Assembly: GCA_002269645.1 (NCBI GenBank)
Contig: NIVC01002524.1
Span: 1 to 64,000 of the forward strand
Direction of reading: 5' to 3'
Origin: Macrostomum lignano
Taxonomy: Eukaryota
Length of the DNA stretch: 64,000 nt
Part shown: in pieces, positions 59,532 to 64,000 of the stretch
Numbering within the stretch: position 1 is the first letter of the stretch
Layout of the letters: every line of letters starts with the position of its first letter
Notes under the pieces: model-generated
What the model was told of the DNA's origin: nothing
The model's input: the letters and a program-made list of their open reading frames with translations, nothing else
The model's database searches: none
Position numbers and translations under genes: made by a program

Positions 59532-61020
59532 TAGCTAGCGGCTCCCCGCTGAGGGTCTGGAGGGTAGCTAGCGGCTTCCATGAGGGTCTGGAGGGTGGCT
59601 AGCGGCTCCCCGCTGAGGGTCTGGAGGGTAGCTAGCGCTTCCAGCTAAGGGTCTGGAGGGTAGCTAGCGGCTCCAGCTGAGGGTCTGGAGGGTAGCTAGC
59701 GGCTTCCATGAGGGTCTGGAGGGTGGCTAGCGGCTTCCATGAGTTTCTGGAGGGTGGCTAGCGGCTTCCATGAGGATCTGGAGGGTAGCTAGCGGCTCCA
59801 GCTGAGGGTCTGGAGGGTAGCTAGCGCTTCCAGCTAAGAGTCTGGAGGGTAGCTAGCGGCTCCAGCTGAGGGTCTGGAGGGTGGCTAGCGGCTTCCATGA
59901 GGGTCTGGAGGGTGGCTAGCGGCTTCCATGAGGATCTGGAGGGTAGCTAGCGGCTCCCCGCTGAGGGTCTGGAGGGTAGCTAGCGCTTCCAGCTAAGGGT
60001 CTGGAGGGTAGCTAGCGGCTCCAGCTGAGGGTCTGGAGGGTGGCTAACGGCTCCCATGAGGGTCTGGAGGGTAGCTAGCGGCTCTAGCTGAGGGTCTGGA
60101 GGATAGCTAGCGGCTCCAGCTGAGGGTCTGGAGGGTAGCTAGCGGTTCCAGCTGAGGGTCTGGAGGATCGCTAGCGGCTCCAGCTGAGGGTCTGGAGGGT
60201 AGCTATCTGTTCCAGCTGAGGGTCTGGAGGGTAGCTAGCGGTTCCAGCTGAAGGTCTGGAGGGTAGCTAGCGGCTCCAGCTGAGCGTCTGGAGGGTAGCT
60301 AACGGCTCCCATGAGGGTCTGGAGGGTAGCTAGCGCTTCCAGCTAAGGGTCTGGAGGGTAGCTAGCGCTTCCAGCTAAGGGTCTGGAGGGTAGCTAGCGC
60401 TTCCAGCTAAGGGTCTGGAGGGTAGCTAGCGGCTCCAGCTGAGGGTCTGGAGGGTAGCTAACGGCTCCCATGAGGGTCTGGAGGGTAGCTAGCGGCTACC
60501 ATGACGGTCTGGAGGGTGGCTAGCGGCTCCCCGCTGAGGGTCTGGAGGGTAGCTAGCGGCTCCAGCTGAGGGTCTGGAGGGTAGCTAGCGCTTCCAGCTA
60601 AGAGTCTGGAGGGTGGCTAGCGGCTCCCCGCTGAGGGTCTGGAGGGTAGCTAGCGGCTCCAGCTGAGGGTCTGGAGGGTAGCTAACGGCTCCCATGAGGG
60701 TCTGGAGGGTAGCTAGCGGCTACCATGAGGGTCTGGAGGGTAGCTAGCGGCTCCCCGCTGAGAGTCTGGAGGGTGGCTAGCGGCTCCCCGCTGAGAGTCT
60801 GGAGGGTGGCTAGCGGCTCCCCGCTGAGAGTCTGGAGGGTGGCTAGCGGCTCCCCGCTGAGGGTCTGGAGGGTAGCTAGCGCTTCCAGCTAAGGGTCTTG
60901 AGGATAGCTAGCGGCTCCAGCTGAGGGTCTGGAGGGTAGCTAGCGGCTCCAGCTGAGGGTCTGGAGGGTAGCTAGCGGTTCCAGCTGAGGGTCTGGAGGG
61001 TAGCTAGCGGTTCCAGCTGA
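59532..61020 (+). repeat. 31-33 bp minisatellite (GAGGGTCTGGAGGGTAGCTAGCGGCTCCAGCT and variants)
   Basis: Constant core with a small set of recurring variant endings (CCAGCT, CCATGA, CCCCGCT). Confidence 0.97.
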
Positions 61021-61654
61021 AGAAGCAGAAACCAGGCAATAAAACTATAAACAAGATTGGAAATTTGGGCCTATAAACAGGATTCGCGTTTGGCTGACTG
61101 GCTGCTTGGCACAGTACGAGCGTATTAAGCTCATCAAAGCGCTCTGGGGGCAGCTAGATAAAGCATACAAATCCGTTCGGTTAGTTCCGCCAGCCAGAAC
61201 TGTAGCTCTCAGGCAACAGCTGCACATATTTTTGCTTCCGTTTGACAGAAGGGAGAAAGAAAGCACTCAGGGAGAATAGCTCTCACCCGCGCTGTGCGAC
61301 CCGCCTTCTTATTGTGTAGTACTCGTAGGTAAAAATCATTTTTACTAGTATGCCGATTCGGCATAGAAGCAGTGTTGTTTGCCAAAACTAAAATGTACTT
61401 TGCTTATGCGGAGTAGTCACTCTCCAGTTTTTTGCCAATCTCTTCTTTTTTGCAGCAAGAGCAGAGGTCTCGGCTCTAACTAATTGATTTATACGCTCGT
61501 AATGACTTTTGCTGTTTGGAAAATTATCAATTTGAGGAAGGCTGTGCTTTGCTTATTTCGGTGTTTTTTGTTTACTCAGAATTGTTGTTACTCTATGGGC
61601 CTGTTTATGGTTGCTGTGCCGATTTCCTTAACTGGCTCTCTGTGCTCACCTGTC

Positions 61655-62272
61655 TCAGTCTCTCCCCTGTCTCTCTACCTGTCTCTCTAACTGTCTCCCT
61701 ACCTGTCTCTCCCCTGTCTCTCTTCCTGTCTCTCTACCTGTCTCTTTACCAGTCTCTCCCCTGTCTCTCTTCCTGTCTCTCCCCTGTCTCCCTACCTGTC
61801 TCTCTACCAGTCTCTCTACCTATCTCCCTACCTGTCTCTACCTGTCTCTCTACCTGTCTCCCTACCTGTCTCTCTACCTGTCTCCCTACCTGTCTCTCTA
61901 CCTGTCTCTCTACCTGTCTCCCTACCTGTCTCTACCTGTCTCTCTACCTATCTCCCTACCTGTCTCTACCTGTCTCTCTACCTGTCTCCCTACCTGTCTC
62001 TCTACCTGTCTCCCTACCTGTCTCTCTACCTGTCTCTCTACCTGTCTCCCTACCTGTCTCTCTACCTGTCTCCCTACCTGTCTCTCTACCTGTCTCTCTA
62101 TCTGTCTCTCTTCCTGTCTCCCTACCTGTCTCTCTACCTGTCTCTCTACCTGTCTCTCTTCCTGTCTCCCTACCTGTCTCCCTACCTGTCTCTCTACCTG
62201 TCTCCCTACCTGTCTCTCTACCTGTCTCTCTATCTGTCTCTCTTCCTGTCTCCCGTCTTTCCCAGATCCATC
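61655..62272 (+). repeat. 12-bp pyrimidine-rich minisatellite (CCTGTCTCYCTA)
   Basis: Direct tandem copies; explains ORF 61516..62334. Confidence 0.96.
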
Positions 62273-62559
62273 CAGCTGTCTCAGGATCTGCTACTACTGG
62301 TAGCTTTTTAAAACTAAAACTGCATAGACTCTAGATTACTCCAGATTAAAATTGGTCAACCGGATTGTTTATAGCGAAATTCTCTTCGATTTTCCAATGG
62401 CAACGATTGGCTCCAATCCTATTCTATTTATAGTTTCTGTAGCTACTAGATATAGCATGCACAATAGCAGATGGGCAACGACCGTTGCTCTCTATTAACT
62501 TTTGCCTGAAGTCAAAATTCCTGCAATTAATACTCAATCTAAACTGATCGGCAGCCGCC

Positions 62560-62647
62560 ATGTCAGCTCAGAAGCCCAGCAACTATCGCTCTCTGGAGGA
62601 GTCTTCTCATCCCATTGGCAGCAGTGTGCACCATAGGCTAAGCAATA
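62560..62647 (+). CDS. Candidate first coding exon B of the SVOP-like transporter (MSAQKPSNYRSLEESSHPIGSSVHHRLSN)
   Basis: Kozak GCCGCCATG at 62560; donor GTAATA at 62648, phase 1. CCAAT boxes ~160 bp upstream (62395-62417). Confidence 0.45.
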
Positions 62648-62927
62648 GTAATAATAAATATTGCTAGTTTTTCATAATTATCAAGCTTGTATTTTAAGTC
62701 CGCCAAAGTTTTTATGCAGTAGCCAATTTGTATACTTACTATCAGCTGCTTTATTATGCAGCAATATTCTATTTATTAATTTCAATTCTGTACCAGAGCT
62801 TCTGTGTTCTAGTTATTCCATTTTGAAATTTTATCCAGTGTGCTGGTGTTCAGCTTTTTATTGGCTTGTTTTGCTTACTTGGGAGCTGGTTTTTTATTTC
62901 AAGCAGAAATAATTAATTCCAATTTTG

Positions 62928-63600
62928 CCTGCCCCTCTCAACCCCAACCTGCCCCTCTGAACCCCACCCTGCCCCTCTCAACCCCACCCTGCCCCTCTCA
63001 ACCCACCCTGCCCCTCTCAACCCCACCCTGCCCCTCTCAACCCCACCCTGCCCCTCTCAACCCCACCCTGCCCTCTCAACCCCAACCTGCCCCTCTCAAC
63101 CCCACCCTGCCCTCTCAACCCCACCCTGCCCCTCTCAACCCCACCCTGCCCCTCTCAACCCCAACCTGCCCCTCTGAACCCCAACCTGCCCCTCTGAACC
63201 CCACCCTGCCCCTCTCAACCCCACCCTGCCCCTCTCAACCCCACCCTGCCCCTCTCAACCCCAACCTGCCCCTCTGAACCCCACCCTGCCCCTCTGAACC
63301 CCACCCTGCCCCTCTCAACCCCACCCTGCCCCTCTCAACCCCAACCTGCCCCTCTGAACCCCAACCTGCCCCTCTGAACCCCACCCTGCCCCTCTGAACC
63401 CCACCCTGCCCCTCTGAACCCCACCCTGCCCCTCTCAACCCCACCCTGCCCCTCTGAACCCCACCCTGCCCCTCTGAACCCCACCCTGCCCCTCTGAACC
63501 CCACCCTGCCCCTCTGAACCCCACCCTGCCCCTCTGAACCCCACCCTGCCCCTCTGAACCCCACCCTGCCCCTCTGAACCCCACCCTGCCCCTCTGGACC
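62928..63600 (+). repeat. 21-bp C-rich minisatellite (CCCCACCCTGCCCCTCTSAAC), ~32 copies
   Basis: Direct tandem copies ending 85 bp before the acceptor at 63685. Confidence 0.98.
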
Positions 63601-63685
63601 CCGCATGCCCCAGGCCTGTTTCACACCATCTTAATCCGGAGACAGTTTCTGACACTCCCGACTGATTTCCGTCGCCATCCCGCAG

Positions 63686-63882
63686 ATGCCCGCGGCCTGC
63701 TGAGCGATGCCGCCGATCGAGACATCGGCAGCGGAGCCGACAGTAAGGCGACGGCCTCGGCTAGCTCAGATTTTGATGGCATCGGCGACGGCGAGGAGAC
63801 CTACACGGTGGAGCATGCAGTTGAGAAGCTGGGATTTGGTCGGTTCCAGCTACGGATTCTGTTCATTTGCGGCATCATGACG
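63686..63882 (+). CDS. SVOP: SVOP/SV2-related MFS transporter exon (start of TM1); gene continues beyond window
   Basis: EETYTVEHAVEKLGFGRFQLRILFICGIMT resembles SVOP [26 protein letters not shown]. Acceptor atcccgcag at 63685; donor GTGAGA at 63883. Confidence 0.75.
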
Positions 63883-64000
63883 GTGAGAGTTTCGTTGAAA
63901 AATCAATATAGTTAGCGAAATCCCGCCCACACAGTCTAGCAAGAGAGCAGAAAGAATTTCCTATGTAGCTACACCGACCAGCTGCTCAAACTGCAAAAGT

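Noticed and set aside
59532-61020. CRISPR-like appearance (constant core with variable ends); also 21417-22015
   Set aside because: The variable parts are a few recurring short variants, not unique spacers; no cas genes; eukaryotic context.

Overview
Eukaryotic (metazoan) genomic DNA with GT-AG introns, Ala/Gln/Gly-rich GC-biased exons and about a quarter of the window in unrelated minisatellite arrays. The style resembles the free-living flatworm Macrostomum (inference only). Genes recognised by manual translation and splice-phase checking: (1) a Shaw/Kv3-type K+ channel on the minus strand (exons 7954-7348, 4696-4349, 3896-3648, 2983-2117, continuing off the left edge); (2) a 3-exon orphan gene on the minus strand (21176-19711); (3) a TCF/LEF (pangolin) gene on the plus strand (46212-46932, then 52293 or 52377 onward) with beta-catenin-binding domain, HMG box and C-clamp; (4) the start of an SVOP/SV2-like MFS transporter at the right edge. 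Mobile DNA: a P-type THAP element nested in a mariner, a PIF/Harbinger-like TIR element carrying a decayed ubiquitin-specific-protease fragment, MITEs, an RNase H LINE remnant and a young RTE-type LINE. Strongest observation: the RTE LINE (12-bp TSD, GAA tail) sits inside the last TCF coding exon, supplies a premature stop, and displaces the native 57-aa C-terminus, which is still intact downstream. Other highlights: an internal WRPY Groucho-type motif next to the TCF beta-catenin-binding domain, an in-frame duplicated TCF splice acceptor, and an S4 charge loss plus Gly/CxxC turret insert in the Kv channel. Most long ORFs in the supplied track are tandem-repeat artefacts. No CRISPR array or intact RNA gene was found.
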